Under the pieces are notes generated by a model. That model saw only the letters and a program-made list of their open reading frames with translations. It was not told the DNA's origin and did no database searches. This document shows, in pieces, positions 54,787 through 64,000 of a stretch of 64,000 nucleotides of DNA. Position 1 is the stretch's first letter; each line of letters begins with the position of its first letter. Source of the DNA: Candidatus Acidiferrales bacterium (lineage in GTDB: Bacteria > Bacteroidota > Ignavibacteria > Kryptoniales > JAKASW01); contig DATJAY010000012.1 in the NCBI GenBank assembly GCA_035515795.1, forward strand, positions 24,532-88,531, given 5' to 3'. Both the position numbers and the translations under genes were made by a program.

Positions 54787-55878
54787 ATGGCGGTTCTGCA
54801 AGACAGATTGACAGGCATAAGATCCAACGTTTCCCTTGCTCCGTATACTACTATCGGTCTTGGCGGCAGCGCAAAATATTTTATTTCCTGTCCGACGGTT
54901 GATGAGATTTGCTCTGCGATAGAATTCGGCAGAAGCGAAAATCTTCCGATTGTCGTGCTCGGCGGCGGGAGCAATATTATCTTTCCGGATGAGGGCTTCG
55001 AGGGGCTTGTTATCAAAATCGATTACAAAGGAATCCATTTCGAAGATGATGGCTCGCGCACGGTTGCTCGTGTAAATGCCGGCGAAGGGTGGGATGATTT
55101 CGTAAAGTTGTGTGTTGAAAAAGATCTTGCGGGTGTTGAGTGTCTGTCGGGAATTCCCGGCTCGGTCGGAGCGACGCCGATACAAAATGTCGGAGCTTAC
55201 GGACAGGAGGTCAGGGATACTATTGTCTCCGTGAAGGCAATCAACATAGAATCGCTCAAGGTTGTCGAGCTAAATTCGGGGAGGTGTGAATTTGGTTACC
55301 GCAACAGCCGATTCAAAACCAGAGATAAAAATAAATTCGTGATTGTCGAAGCCGGTTACAAATTAATGAATGCAGGAGGGCCGACTGTAAAGTATGATGA
55401 ACTTCGGGAATACATTGAGTTAAGAAGAAAACGGACTGGAAATGGGAAACAGGAAACTGAAGAGTTAAGCTTGAATACGGTGAGGGAAGCGGTGTTGGCG
55501 CTTCGAAAGAAGAAATCCATGATAATCGACCGTGATGATCCGAATTCTAAATCGGTGGGATCATTCTTTGTGAATCCGATTCTGTCGGAAGTCGAATACA
55601 AAAATTTCAAGGAAAGGTTAGTTTCTGCCGGAATCAAGCGTGCGCCATCTTACAGGGACACAAACGGGATTAAGATTTCTGCAGCGTGGCTCGTCGAAAA
55701 CTCAGGTTTTCAAAAAGGCTATAAGAGAAATGGAGTCGGTATCTCGTCGAATCACTCGCTTGCACTGGTGAATTATTCGGGGACCGCCAGAGAAATCCTT
55801 TCGCTTGCTTCCGACATTGAAAATGCCGTATTTGAAAAATTCGGGGTGAAGCTCCAGAAAGAGGCTGTAATTGTTTAA
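54787..55878 (+). CDS. murB: UDP-N-acetylenolpyruvoylglucosamine reductase MurB
   Basis: LAPYTTIGLGGSAKYF, VLGGGSNIIF and GIPGSVGATPIQNVGAYG. Confidence 0.9.
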   Translation: MAVLQDRLTGIRSNVSLAPYTTIGLGGSAKYFISCPTVDEICSAIEFGRSENLPIVVLGGGSNIIFPDEGFEGLVIKIDYKGIHFEDDGSRTVARVNAGEGWDDFVKLCVEKDLAGVECLSGIPGSVGATPIQNVGAYGQEVRDTIVSVKAINIESLKVVELNSGRCEFGYRNSRFKTRDKNKFVIVEAGYKLMNAGGPTVKYDELREYIELRRKRTGNGKQETEELSLNTVREAVLALRKKKSMIIDRDDPNSKSVGSFFVNPILSEVEYKNFKERLVSAGIKRAPSYRDTNGIKISAAWLVENSGFQKGYKRNGVGISSNHSLALVNYSGTAREILSLASDIENAVFEKFGVKLQKEAVIV

Positions 55879-57331
55879 AGAATTCTTAAAGAAAGTTTTC
55901 GGCAAGAGTACAAAAACGGAGACTGGACTCAAGAGCGCGAAGGTCGGGGAAGAAAAACCTGATCTAAGTTTCCGGCGTCCCGTTCCCGGTATAAGACCAC
56001 CGGCGACATGGGACAACTCCCAATTCGCCGTTTTGCCGGTTGATGGAAAGAAACGATTCCTGGATTTCGATTTGCCTGTCGAAGTCATGCACGCGATTTC
56101 CGATCTGGGCTTTAAATATTGCACGCCCATACAGGCAGCAATCCTTCCCAAACTCCTCGATGGGCTCGACGCCGCGGGCCGTGCGCAAACCGGCACGGGT
56201 AAGACTGCGGCATTTCTTATTTCAATGATGACATATCTATTGAGGAATCCGCTGAAGCAGCCGATCCGGAAATCGCCTCGCGCATTGATACTTGCTCCGA
56301 CGAGGGAATTGGTTCTGCAAATAAAAAAAGATGCGGACGGACTATCCAAATACTCCGGCCTCCATGTCGCTGCAGTGCTCGGCGGAATTGAATATAAGCA
56401 GCAGAGAAATATCCTGGCGGCGGAGAAGATAGACATCGTGGTTGCTACTCCCGGCAGGCTCCTGGATTTCATGAAGCAGGGAAGCATTCGCCTCGACAAA
56501 GTCGAGATTCTCGTAATCGACGAGGCGGACAGAATGCTCGACATGGGGTTTATTCCCGACGTGCGGCGGATCATCGAGAGCACGCCGCCGAAATCGAAGA
56601 GACAAACAATGCTTTTCAGCGCGACCCTGACGCCAGAAGTCAACAGGCTCGCCTCGAGATGGACGCGTGAGCCGAGCATCGTGGAGATTGAGCCGGAACA
56701 GGTTGTGGTGAAAGCGATAAAACAGATTTTTTATCTTACGACCGACTTCGAGAAATTTAAGATTCTCTACAACCTGATCGCGGTTCGCGGTCTTCAGAGA
56801 GTAATGGTGTTTGCAAATAGAAAAGATACGGCGAGAGAATTGAAAGACCGGCTCTCGTCACACGGAATAAACTGTGCTCTGTTGTCCGGCGATGTCGAGC
56901 AAGTCAGGCGCATCAAGCGTCTCGAAAACTTCCGTTCCGGCAAAACAAAAGTATTGGTAGCGACTGACGTCGCCGCACGCGGACTCCACGTCGAAGGCAT
57001 AAGTCATGTCGTGAATTTTACACTCCCCGAAAATCCTGAAGATTATGTTCACCGGATCGGGCGAACGGGTAGAGCGGGTGCAAGCGGGATATCCATAAGT
57101 TTTGCAACGGAAACGGATGCGTACAGCGTTCCGGCAATAAAAGAATATCTAGGCGAAGATGTCAAATCTGTTTATCCCGAGGACGATCTTCTGACTCCTC
57201 TTCCGGAGCCGAAATTTGCTGTTCAACCGGCGAGCTCACACGGAAAGAAATTTCATCGCCATGGAAGCCATCAGAAGAATAGGAGGAGCTCTTTTCCAAA
57301 AAGCAGCCATTCCGGCGAGAGAAGAACATAA
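55871..57331 (+). CDS. DEAD-box ATP-dependent RNA helicase
   Basis: AQTGTGKT, DEAD, SAT and HRIGRTGRAG, plus a basic C-terminal tail. Confidence 0.9.
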   Translation: MFKEFLKKVFGKSTKTETGLKSAKVGEEKPDLSFRRPVPGIRPPATWDNSQFAVLPVDGKKRFLDFDLPVEVMHAISDLGFKYCTPIQAAILPKLLDGLDAAGRAQTGTGKTAAFLISMMTYLLRNPLKQPIRKSPRALILAPTRELVLQIKKDADGLSKYSGLHVAAVLGGIEYKQQRNILAAEKIDIVVATPGRLLDFMKQGSIRLDKVEILVIDEADRMLDMGFIPDVRRIIESTPPKSKRQTMLFSATLTPEVNRLASRWTREPSIVEIEPEQVVVKAIKQIFYLTTDFEKFKILYNLIAVRGLQRVMVFANRKDTARELKDRLSSHGINCALLSGDVEQVRRIKRLENFRSGKTKVLVATDVAARGLHVEGISHVVNFTLPENPEDYVHRIGRTGRAGASGISISFATETDAYSVPAIKEYLGEDVKSVYPEDDLLTPLPEPKFAVQPASSHGKKFHRHGSHQKNRRSSFPKSSHSGERRT

Positions 57332-57410
57332 GAAATTTTGCCAAACTAAAATTGTAGACAATAGATCGTGACCATCGGTAGGCGGCACGTCTAAAACAAC
57401 GGGAGTAAAA

Positions 57411-60131
57411 ATGGGAAAGGTCAGTAATATCCAGTTTTCAGTCGTAAATCGAAAATTCTTATTTCTGTTGATCACTGCTGTTGTTTGGGAAATTGCATTG
57501 TGTTTTGCGAAACCAACAGATGCGAGTGCTGCCAAGGCGGCGGATTCGGAGAATGTTCTCCGTGCCACGTTGAAGAACGGACTTCGTGTCGTTATCGTCA
57601 GGAATCCGCTGGCGCCTGTAGCGACCACGGAAATTAACTATCTGGTTGGTTCGGACGAAGCTCCCGAAGGATTTCCCGGAACCGCACATGCGCTCGAGCA
57701 CATGATGTTCCGCGGAAGCCCGGGGCTTTCGGCTTCTCAGCTTGCCGACATTTCTGCTGTGATGGGCGGCGATAATAATGCGGATACCCAGCAGATGGTC
57801 ACACAATATTTTTTCACGGTGCCGTCTGAGGATTTGGATGTCGCTCTTCATATTGAGGCAATCCGGATGAAAGGGATCTTGGGCACCGACAGTCTCTGGG
57901 ATAAAGAACGCGGTGCAATAGAGCAGGAAGTCGCGCAGGATTTATCTAATCCGCAATATCTGCTTTTTACAAAGCTCCTCGATGCGATGTTTCATGGTAC
58001 GCCGTACGCGCATGATGCACTCGGCACGCGAGCGTCGTTCGACAGTACGACCGGCGGAACGCTGGAAGAATTCCATTCGAAGTGGTATGTTCCTAATAAT
58101 GCCGTGCTGGTCATAGCCGGCGATGTCGATCCGCAAAAATCATTGGACGAAGTTAAGGAGCTCTTCGGGAATATTCCTTCCGGCAATTTGCCTCCAAAGC
58201 CCGTTTTCAATTTCACCGAAGTCAAGTCAGACACCTTGAGGATGCCTACTGACCTGCCGTACGGTTTTGCAGTAATTGCGTATCGATTCCCGGGCACTGA
58301 GAGTCCTGATTACGCTGCGGCTCAAGTTCTTTCCGATGTTCTGAGCAACCAGCGTGGAAAATTATATTCGCTCGTCCCGGAAGGGAAAGCCTTGTTTGCA
58401 GACTTTGAGTACTATCCGCTTCCGAAGTCGGGGATTGGTTTCGCTATCGCGGGATTCCCGAAGGGATATGACTCAAACGCTCTCTTGAAAGATATCAGCG
58501 ATGTGGTGGCACAGGAGTTAAAAAACGGAGTTTCTCCTGATTTCGTCGAGGCATCCAAGCGGCACGAGATTTCCGATGCCGAGTTCAGCAAGAATTCTAT
58601 CTCCGGACTCGCCTCCGATTGGTCGGATGCTGTGGCTGTCGAAGGACGACAATCGCCCGACGATGATCTGGATGCGATGAGGAAAGTCTCGGTCGAAGAC
58701 GTCAACCGCATTGCCAGGACTTATATTGATTCGACTCACGCCTTGATCGCAGTGTTGACGCCGCAATCATCCGGGAACCCGATATCTTCGAGTGGTTTTG
58801 GCGGTGCCGAATCTTTTGCGCCGAAGGAGACGAAAGAAGTCGAGCTTCCTTCATGGGCCGAGAATGCGGTCGGAAAACTTGCGATACCGCACTCGACAAT
58901 CGAGCCGGTCGTCGATACGCTCCCGAACGGGATGAAGCTGATAATCCAACCTGAATCGATAAGCAACACTGTGACTATTCTTGGCGGCATAAAAAGCAAC
59001 CCGCAGCTTCAACAACCAGACGGCAAAGATGGTGAAGCGGAGATTCTCAACCGGTTGTTCGAATACGGCTCGACGACTCTCGATCGAGTGGCATTTCAGA
59101 AGGCGCTTGACGATATCGGCGCAGATGAATCTGCCGGCTCGAGCTTCTCTCTCCGGGTTCTCGGCAATAATTTTCGGAGAGGTGTCCAGCTCCTTGCCGA
59201 TAATGAGCTTCATCCGGGGCTACCTGAAAAAGCATTCAAGGTAATACAGCGAGAAACTGCCAGGACGGTCGCCGGACAGCTGGAGAGCCCGGACTATTTG
59301 ACGTCAAAAGCAATTCGCACTGCCATTCTTCCGAAAGGGGATCCTGCACTTAGAGAGACGACGCCTTTGACTGTTGATTCGGCCAGTATCCATGATGTGA
59401 AGGATTACTGTGCGCGGGTCTTCCGTCCGGACATGACGACCATGGTTGTTATCGGCAATGTAAACGCCGACACCGCAAGGGAAATCATCTGGAATTATTT
59501 TAAGGAGTGGACAGCATCCGGGCCGAAGCCTGGAACAGATCTGTCGTCTGTACCATTAAGCAGGCCTTCCACGACGGAGGTGCCTGACGTGAGCCGTGTT
59601 CAGGACAGAGTCTATCTATCCGAAACGCTTGGAATAACCAGATCGAATCCGGATTATTACGCTTTGCAGCTGGGCAACCATGTCCTTGGCGGAGGATTTT
59701 ATGCAACGAGATTTTACCACGATCTGCGCGAGAATGAAGGATTGGTTTATTATGTCGGCTCGAGTTTCAACATTTCAAAGACTCGAGGGAGCTACCAGGT
59801 GAGCTACGCTTGCGATCCGGACAAGGTCTCGCAAGCACGGTCGATAATTGTGCGTGATCTGAAACAGATGCAGGATACTCTGGTTACCTCGAAAGAATTG
59901 AGCCAGGCAAAGGCACTGCTGCTGCGCGAGATCCCGCTCTCCGAATCGAGCGAGAATAGTGTCGCACGCGGCTTGCTAAGCCGTGCCATGGATGGTCTTC
60001 CTTTGGATGAGCCGATTCTTGCGGCGCAGCGGTATCTGAAGTTGAGCGAAGAGGATGTTAAGTCGGCATTTGCAAAGTGGATCCGTCCTGATGACCTGGC
60101 ACAGGTAACGGAAGGACCCGCTCCGAAGTAA
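57411..60131 (+). CDS. Secreted M16-family zinc peptidase with tandem active and inactive units in one polypeptide
   Basis: Inverted zinc motif HALEHMMFRGS near the N-terminus. At 906 aa it is about twice a single M16 unit. It has a signal-like N-terminus. Confidence 0.85.
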   Translation: MGKVSNIQFSVVNRKFLFLLITAVVWEIALCFAKPTDASAAKAADSENVLRATLKNGLRVVIVRNPLAPVATTEINYLVGSDEAPEGFPGTAHALEHMMFRGSPGLSASQLADISAVMGGDNNADTQQMVTQYFFTVPSEDLDVALHIEAIRMKGILGTDSLWDKERGAIEQEVAQDLSNPQYLLFTKLLDAMFHGTPYAHDALGTRASFDSTTGGTLEEFHSKWYVPNNAVLVIAGDVDPQKSLDEVKELFGNIPSGNLPPKPVFNFTEVKSDTLRMPTDLPYGFAVIAYRFPGTESPDYAAAQVLSDVLSNQRGKLYSLVPEGKALFADFEYYPLPKSGIGFAIAGFPKGYDSNALLKDISDVVAQELKNGVSPDFVEASKRHEISDAEFSKNSISGLASDWSDAVAVEGRQSPDDDLDAMRKVSVEDVNRIARTYIDSTHALIAVLTPQSSGNPISSSGFGGAESFAPKETKEVELPSWAENAVGKLAIPHSTIEPVVDTLPNGMKLIIQPESISNTVTILGGIKSNPQLQQPDGKDGEAEILNRLFEYGSTTLDRVAFQKALDDIGADESAGSSFSLRVLGNNFRRGVQLLADNELHPGLPEKAFKVIQRETARTVAGQLESPDYLTSKAIRTAILPKGDPALRETTPLTVDSASIHDVKDYCARVFRPDMTTMVVIGNVNADTAREIIWNYFKEWTASGPKPGTDLSSVPLSRPSTTEVPDVSRVQDRVYLSETLGITRSNPDYYALQLGNHVLGGGFYATRFYHDLRENEGLVYYVGSSFNISKTRGSYQVSYACDPDKVSQARSIIVRDLKQMQDTLVTSKELSQAKALLLREIPLSESSENSVARGLLSRAMDGLPLDEPILAAQRYLKLSEEDVKSAFAKWIRPDDLAQVTEGPAPK

Positions 60132-60213
60132 AAATAAACTACCAGCAAAATTGTAAATGAAACGGCCGCATGTTGCGGCCGCTCTGGTTGCCTCAGTAAA
60201 TTCTTCACGTAAA

Positions 60214-60978
60214 ATGGAAAACGATAATAATGCAATTCACAAGCAGACCTTTCGCCTCCACTCCTACGAAGTAGATCAGCGCGGGGTTGCAAGACCTGAC
60301 ATACTTTTATCTTTCATGCTCGACAGCGCATGGGGACACACCAGGGATACTGAATTCAGCTACTCCGAGTTGAACGACGAAGGCCAGCTTTGGGTGCTGT
60401 CGCGCTTCCTCGCGGTGTTCCATGATCTGCCGAAGTGGGACGATGAGATAACGGTCGAAACATGGGGAAAGGGAACGGACAAAATTTTCGGGCTGAGGGA
60501 TTTCATGGTTTGTTCTCAATCGGAAAAAAAATTCCTCTCTGCAACATCGGCCTGGCTGATTATAGACAGGAAAACCTCCCGCATCCAGAGGATTGATGCG
60601 CTTGACAGAAAATTTCCGACGCAGCTTTACCGGGACGAAATAGAGACCAAGTTGGAAAAAATAGAGACACGGGATGCAGATAAAACCGATTTCAAACACG
60701 TCGTGCGTTCTTCGGATCTTGATGTGAATAGGCACGTCAACTCGTCAAAGTATCTGCTGTGGATGCTGGACAGTTTTCCGGCTGAATATTCTGAGAAAAA
60801 AAATCTAAAATCTTTCGAGATCAATTTCTTATCGGAAGCAAAACTTTACGATGAGATATATGTCTCCAGCATGCGGGACGAGTCGGTCTTAAGCGGCGGC
60901 GAAAATTTTTATTGTGAAGTGAGGCGCGAAAGCGGCGACGCGGAATTGTGCCGGGCCAGGATCGTGTGGAATGATTAG
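60214..60978 (+). CDS. Acyl-ACP thioesterase (FatA/B-like hotdog fold)
   Basis: FRLHSYEVDQRGVARPDILLSFMLDSAWGHT...WVLSRF...DLDVNRHVNSSKY. I prefer the ATG at 60214 because the tracked start at 60157 spans the hairpin at 60163-60181. Confidence 0.8.
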   Translation: MENDNNAIHKQTFRLHSYEVDQRGVARPDILLSFMLDSAWGHTRDTEFSYSELNDEGQLWVLSRFLAVFHDLPKWDDEITVETWGKGTDKIFGLRDFMVCSQSEKKFLSATSAWLIIDRKTSRIQRIDALDRKFPTQLYRDEIETKLEKIETRDADKTDFKHVVRSSDLDVNRHVNSSKYLLWMLDSFPAEYSEKKNLKSFEINFLSEAKLYDEIYVSSMRDESVLSGGENFYCEVRRESGDAELCRARIVWND

Positions 60979-62413
60979 ATTAATCGTCTTCTCGTATGTC
61001 GTGTCTTTCGTTTGTTCGGCGCAGGCGAATGTCTTGTCAAATCAAGATGCCGAGCGTTTCATCCGCCATCTCGCGGCGAACAGCGACTCACTGAAAGCCG
61101 ACGCAGATCCGGCAGAATACCGGTTGTCCGGGCGGCTAGGGATCAAATATATTGGAGTGAAAAACAAATTTCTCATCTCTTACGAACTACGGAGTGATAT
61201 CATTCAGGATATCGAGAGCGGAAATTACAAATACCGAATCGATTCACTCGATACTCAATTCTCTCGTCTAAGTATTATCATACCGGGCAAGAATATTCAG
61301 CAAGACTACTGTTTCAGAAACGGCAAGCTCGTATCGCCGCTTGCCTATTACTCGAGGAATTGGAAACGCATCGATAGCCGGTATTTTGTCTTTATCGTGG
61401 ATGATACAAACGCCTGCAACTCGTATTCAATTGCCGTCCTCGATGCGTTTGTAAAGAGAATTGCCAACAAACTGAGATTTGGAAGCGATGCCTTTGAACG
61501 ACTTAGACGCGAGAAAATCTATTACTATATCTGTAAAGACCAGGACGAGATCGAGAAGTTGACCGGATTCAAGACCCGCGGCATTTACAATCTTGCGTAT
61601 GATTGTATCATCAGCACCTACACCTGTCATTACCATGAACTTCTGCACCTTCTCATGAATTACAGATTGGGAGTTCTTCCGCTCTACACGAGTCCGTTTT
61701 TACAGGAGGGGTTTGCGGTTGCCTTCGGCGGCCGCGGCGGTCTGGACCCTGATGTCGTTCTCGAGGCCGGCCTTTATCTGGAACAGTCAGGCATGATGGA
61801 CTTCTCGCAGCTGCTGACAAGGCGGGAGTTCATGGAGAACGATGCGAGTCTGACTTATCCGGTCAGCGGACTGTATTCGAAGTTCCTTTTTGAAAAGCTG
61901 GGAGCTACCGGCTACATAAATCTCTACAGGAAATGTTCGGGTGCGGAGCTCCAGGTTGACACGATGCGAATCGACACGAGTGACCTGCCGTCATCAAGAG
62001 AATATGCGGATTTTATGAGGAAGGAGATTTCAAGAAATATTATCGAAGTAAAATTGCCCGCGAATTTCGAATTAACTCAAGGATCGGATATCGCCGAGGA
62101 TTCTTCGAGATTCTATTTCCGCGTCAGGGATACGCTGCTGATAGCCGTTAACGGCCAGCCTGCAATTTTTTATTCGAAGAAATTTGCGGAATTGTTTCCT
62201 TCCAGAAAATATCGGGGCGAGAAATACGCAATCATAGTGAATCCTTCTGAAGTTTTGGTCTACAATTTATTCACGGGAAATTTAATTGCCTCCTATGTCG
62301 AGTCTTTTGCGTTGCCTCCGCTTGTCGTACCGAACAGGGATGGTTATTTCTATTTTTCAATATTTAAGAGAGTGTTCGATGAAGGAATGACCGAGTGGAG
62401 ATCTCATTCATGA
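60971..62413 (+). CDS. Secreted hypothetical protein with an HExxH...E zinc-metallopeptidase-like motif
   Basis: Signal peptide MIRLIVFSYVVSFVCSAQA. HELLH lies at nt 61634-61648 and a Glu lies 20 residues later (FLQEG, nt 61706-08). It has an 8-nt overlap with the thioesterase gene. Confidence 0.65.
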   Translation: MIRLIVFSYVVSFVCSAQANVLSNQDAERFIRHLAANSDSLKADADPAEYRLSGRLGIKYIGVKNKFLISYELRSDIIQDIESGNYKYRIDSLDTQFSRLSIIIPGKNIQQDYCFRNGKLVSPLAYYSRNWKRIDSRYFVFIVDDTNACNSYSIAVLDAFVKRIANKLRFGSDAFERLRREKIYYYICKDQDEIEKLTGFKTRGIYNLAYDCIISTYTCHYHELLHLLMNYRLGVLPLYTSPFLQEGFAVAFGGRGGLDPDVVLEAGLYLEQSGMMDFSQLLTRREFMENDASLTYPVSGLYSKFLFEKLGATGYINLYRKCSGAELQVDTMRIDTSDLPSSREYADFMRKEISRNIIEVKLPANFELTQGSDIAEDSSRFYFRVRDTLLIAVNGQPAIFYSKKFAELFPSRKYRGEKYAIIVNPSEVLVYNLFTGNLIASYVESFALPPLVVPNRDGYFYFSIFKRVFDEGMTEWRSHS

Positions 62414-62470
62414 TGGAAAAAGTCGGAGCAGGATTGTACCTCCTCGTCGCCGTACTGGAATAATTTCTCT

Positions 62471-63712
62471 GTGGTGCCGATCTTAGATAATACCGATCCG
62501 TATGCCACTCTGAAGTTGTGGGACTTCAGACTGTTTGTCCTGGCGCGGTTTGTGATGACGTTCGCCGTACAAATGCAGTCGGTGATAGTCGGGTGGCAGA
62601 TTTATGAATTGACGCACGACCCTCTCTCGCTTGGATTAATCGGACTTTCTGAAGCGATTCCAGTTTTGGGGATTGCTCTTTTTGCCGGTCATCTTGCCGA
62701 TGTCGTGAGCAGAAAAAAAATAATCGTAATTTGCAGTTCGGCTTATGTTATTTGCGCCTCCTCGCTCTTCCTCGTCTCCACCGAGTTTCGTGAGATCCTG
62801 GTGCAGCACGGAACACTTCCTATTTACGTCATCATCTTCCTTGCCGGCCTCACGCGCGGATTGATGTCTCCGGCTCAGGCTGCATTTTCAGCGCAGCTTG
62901 TTCCGCGTGAGCTGTTTGGAAATGCTTCGACATGGGGAAGCGTCTCATGGCAGGTAGCCGACGTTGTAGGTCCCGCGGTCGGCGGGTTGATTTACGGTTT
63001 CGTGGGCGTCGGGAGCGCGTATGGAATGGTAGTTGCGACGAGTATTGCAGGTCTTTTTCTTTTTCTGGCCATCAAGGATAAGCCGATGCCTGAGCGTAGG
63101 CGCGGCGAATCGATTCTGCAAAGTCTTTCCGAGGGGATAAAGTTCGTGTTCCATGATCAGGTGATTTTAAGCGCAATATCGCTCGACATGTTTGCAGTTT
63201 TTTTCGGCGGGGCAGTCGCCGTGCTCCCGATCTTCGCGGATCAGGTGATGCACATTGGCGCAAAGGGATTGGGTTTTCTGCGGGCCGCTCCGGCAATCGG
63301 TGCCATCGTTATGTCGGTTATTCAGGCGAATTATCCTGTCTTCAAACAGGCCGGACGCAATCTGCTCCGATGCGTGTTCGGATTCGGACTCATGGTGATC
63401 TTCTTCGCGCTGTCGAGGAATTTTTATCTGTCGTTAGTGATCTTGATGCTCGGCGGAGCGTTCGATAATGTCAGCGTGATCGTCAGGTGGACCATCATCC
63501 AGCTGTACACCCCCGATGCCGTGCGGGGACGCGTATCGGCCGTCAACGGGATTTTCCTCGGTGCATCGAATGAGCTTGGCTCGTTTGAGTCCGGCGTCGC
63601 CGCAAAGCTGATGGGACTGATCCCATCCGTGATTTTCGGCGGAAGCATGACGCTTCTGGTTGTGGCTGCCGTGCGAACGTTTGCACCAAAGCTGAGGAAA
63701 TTACGACTATGA
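62471..63712 (+). CDS. MFS transporter
   Basis: 413 aa with ~12 TM segments and an MFS-type loop motif (GHLADVVSRKK). The start is GTG. Confidence 0.85.
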   Translation: MVPILDNTDPYATLKLWDFRLFVLARFVMTFAVQMQSVIVGWQIYELTHDPLSLGLIGLSEAIPVLGIALFAGHLADVVSRKKIIVICSSAYVICASSLFLVSTEFREILVQHGTLPIYVIIFLAGLTRGLMSPAQAAFSAQLVPRELFGNASTWGSVSWQVADVVGPAVGGLIYGFVGVGSAYGMVVATSIAGLFLFLAIKDKPMPERRRGESILQSLSEGIKFVFHDQVILSAISLDMFAVFFGGAVAVLPIFADQVMHIGAKGLGFLRAAPAIGAIVMSVIQANYPVFKQAGRNLLRCVFGFGLMVIFFALSRNFYLSLVILMLGGAFDNVSVIVRWTIIQLYTPDAVRGRVSAVNGIFLGASNELGSFESGVAAKLMGLIPSVIFGGSMTLLVVAAVRTFAPKLRKLRL

Positions 63713-63885
63713 TTTCGTCCTGATAAGGGGCCGGGTTTTGTTTACAGTGAATCAAGAAAATGGCACGAAGTTGAAATTGATTGCGGGGAAGAATAATTTT
63801 AATGGAAATCAAGAATAGACTGTGTTCTTGGAAAATGCGAGGCCGGTCTTGCTTTGTGGAATTGTCGCAGAACAGGAGGCGTAAA

Positions 63886-64000
63886 TTGAAAATTCGTAAT
63901 ACCTTGTTCATTGTTTCGGTTTTGATTAGTGCAATCGCTTCTATCGAAGCCAGGGCTCAAACGGCGGACGAAATATATCGAAAGTTCTCAAAGAGCTATC
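63886..64000 (+). CDS. 3'-truncated ORF encoding a signal-peptide protein
   Basis: The TTG start is preceded by aggagg 7 nt upstream. The translation is LKIRNTLFIVSVLISAIASIEARAQTADEIY... and it runs off the window. Confidence 0.35.
   Translation, partial: MKIRNTLFIVSVLISAIASIEARAQTADEIYRKFSKSY

Noticed and set aside
55702-56679. 325-aa ORF on the minus strand, antisense to the DEAD-box helicase
   Set aside because: It lies entirely within a confidently identified helicase gene. Its Ser/Arg/Leu-rich composition is typical of a shadow ORF, and I recognise no motifs.
60163-60181. 8-bp hairpin cggccgca-tgt-tgcggccg after the M16 gene as a rho-independent terminator
   Set aside because: It has a 3-nt loop and no U-tract. 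I used it only as an argument against the upstream thioesterase start at 60157 and did not call it a terminator.
63761-63775. TGGCACG in the gap after the MFS gene as a sigma-54 promoter
   Set aside because: The -12 element is off by one nucleotide and reads TTGA rather than TTGC. That is insufficient.

Overview
A 64-kb chromosomal window from a flagellated Gram-negative bacterium. Gene content (PorV-like OMPs, DUF3109-like protein, FliW/CsrA) suggests an Ignavibacteria/FCB-group-like lineage, but I cannot verify this without a search. By eye it is about 90% coding. I saw no rRNA, tRNA, CRISPR array, transposase or integrase.

Layout:
- 1-24.6 kb (+): one very compact flagellar supercluster. 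Order is fliP(partial)QR-flhBAFG-small TM ORF-fliA-[HDOD/sigma-r4 fusion, HDOD, GAF histidine kinase, TM/HTH-like protein]-flgFG-flgA-flgHI-flgJ-flgN-like-flgKL-motAB-fliW-csrA-[REC-Hpt, CheY-like REC, GT2-TPR glycosyltransferase]. Many junctions are 1-19 nt start/stop overlaps.
- 24.8-29.1 kb: hbd, ackA, a cation/proton antiporter and a Dabb protein.
- 29.2-37.7 kb: yceD-rpmF-plsX-fabH-fabD-[Cys-rich DUF3109-like ORF]-fabG-acpP-fabF-rnc-methyltransferase.
- 37.8-64 kb: GH5 glycosidase, a 522-nt non-coding gap, a PAS hybrid kinase, a Lon-like protease (-), a lipoprotein (-), carA (-), nth, glnB, era, a DUF559-type nuclease, DUF1015, two tandem PorV-like OMPs (-), murB, a DEAD-box helicase, a double M16 peptidase, an acyl-ACP thioesterase coupled to a secreted HExxH protein, an MFS transporter and a truncated secreted ORF.

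Most interesting candidate for an undescribed system: the signalling cassette wedged between fliA and flgF. Its key member is an HDOD domain fused to a sigma-70 region-4-like HTH, translationally coupled to sigma-28. A second late-operon module, csrA-REC/Hpt-CheY-GT2/TPR, may be linked to it.

All calls rest on motif recognition by eye. No database search was possible.
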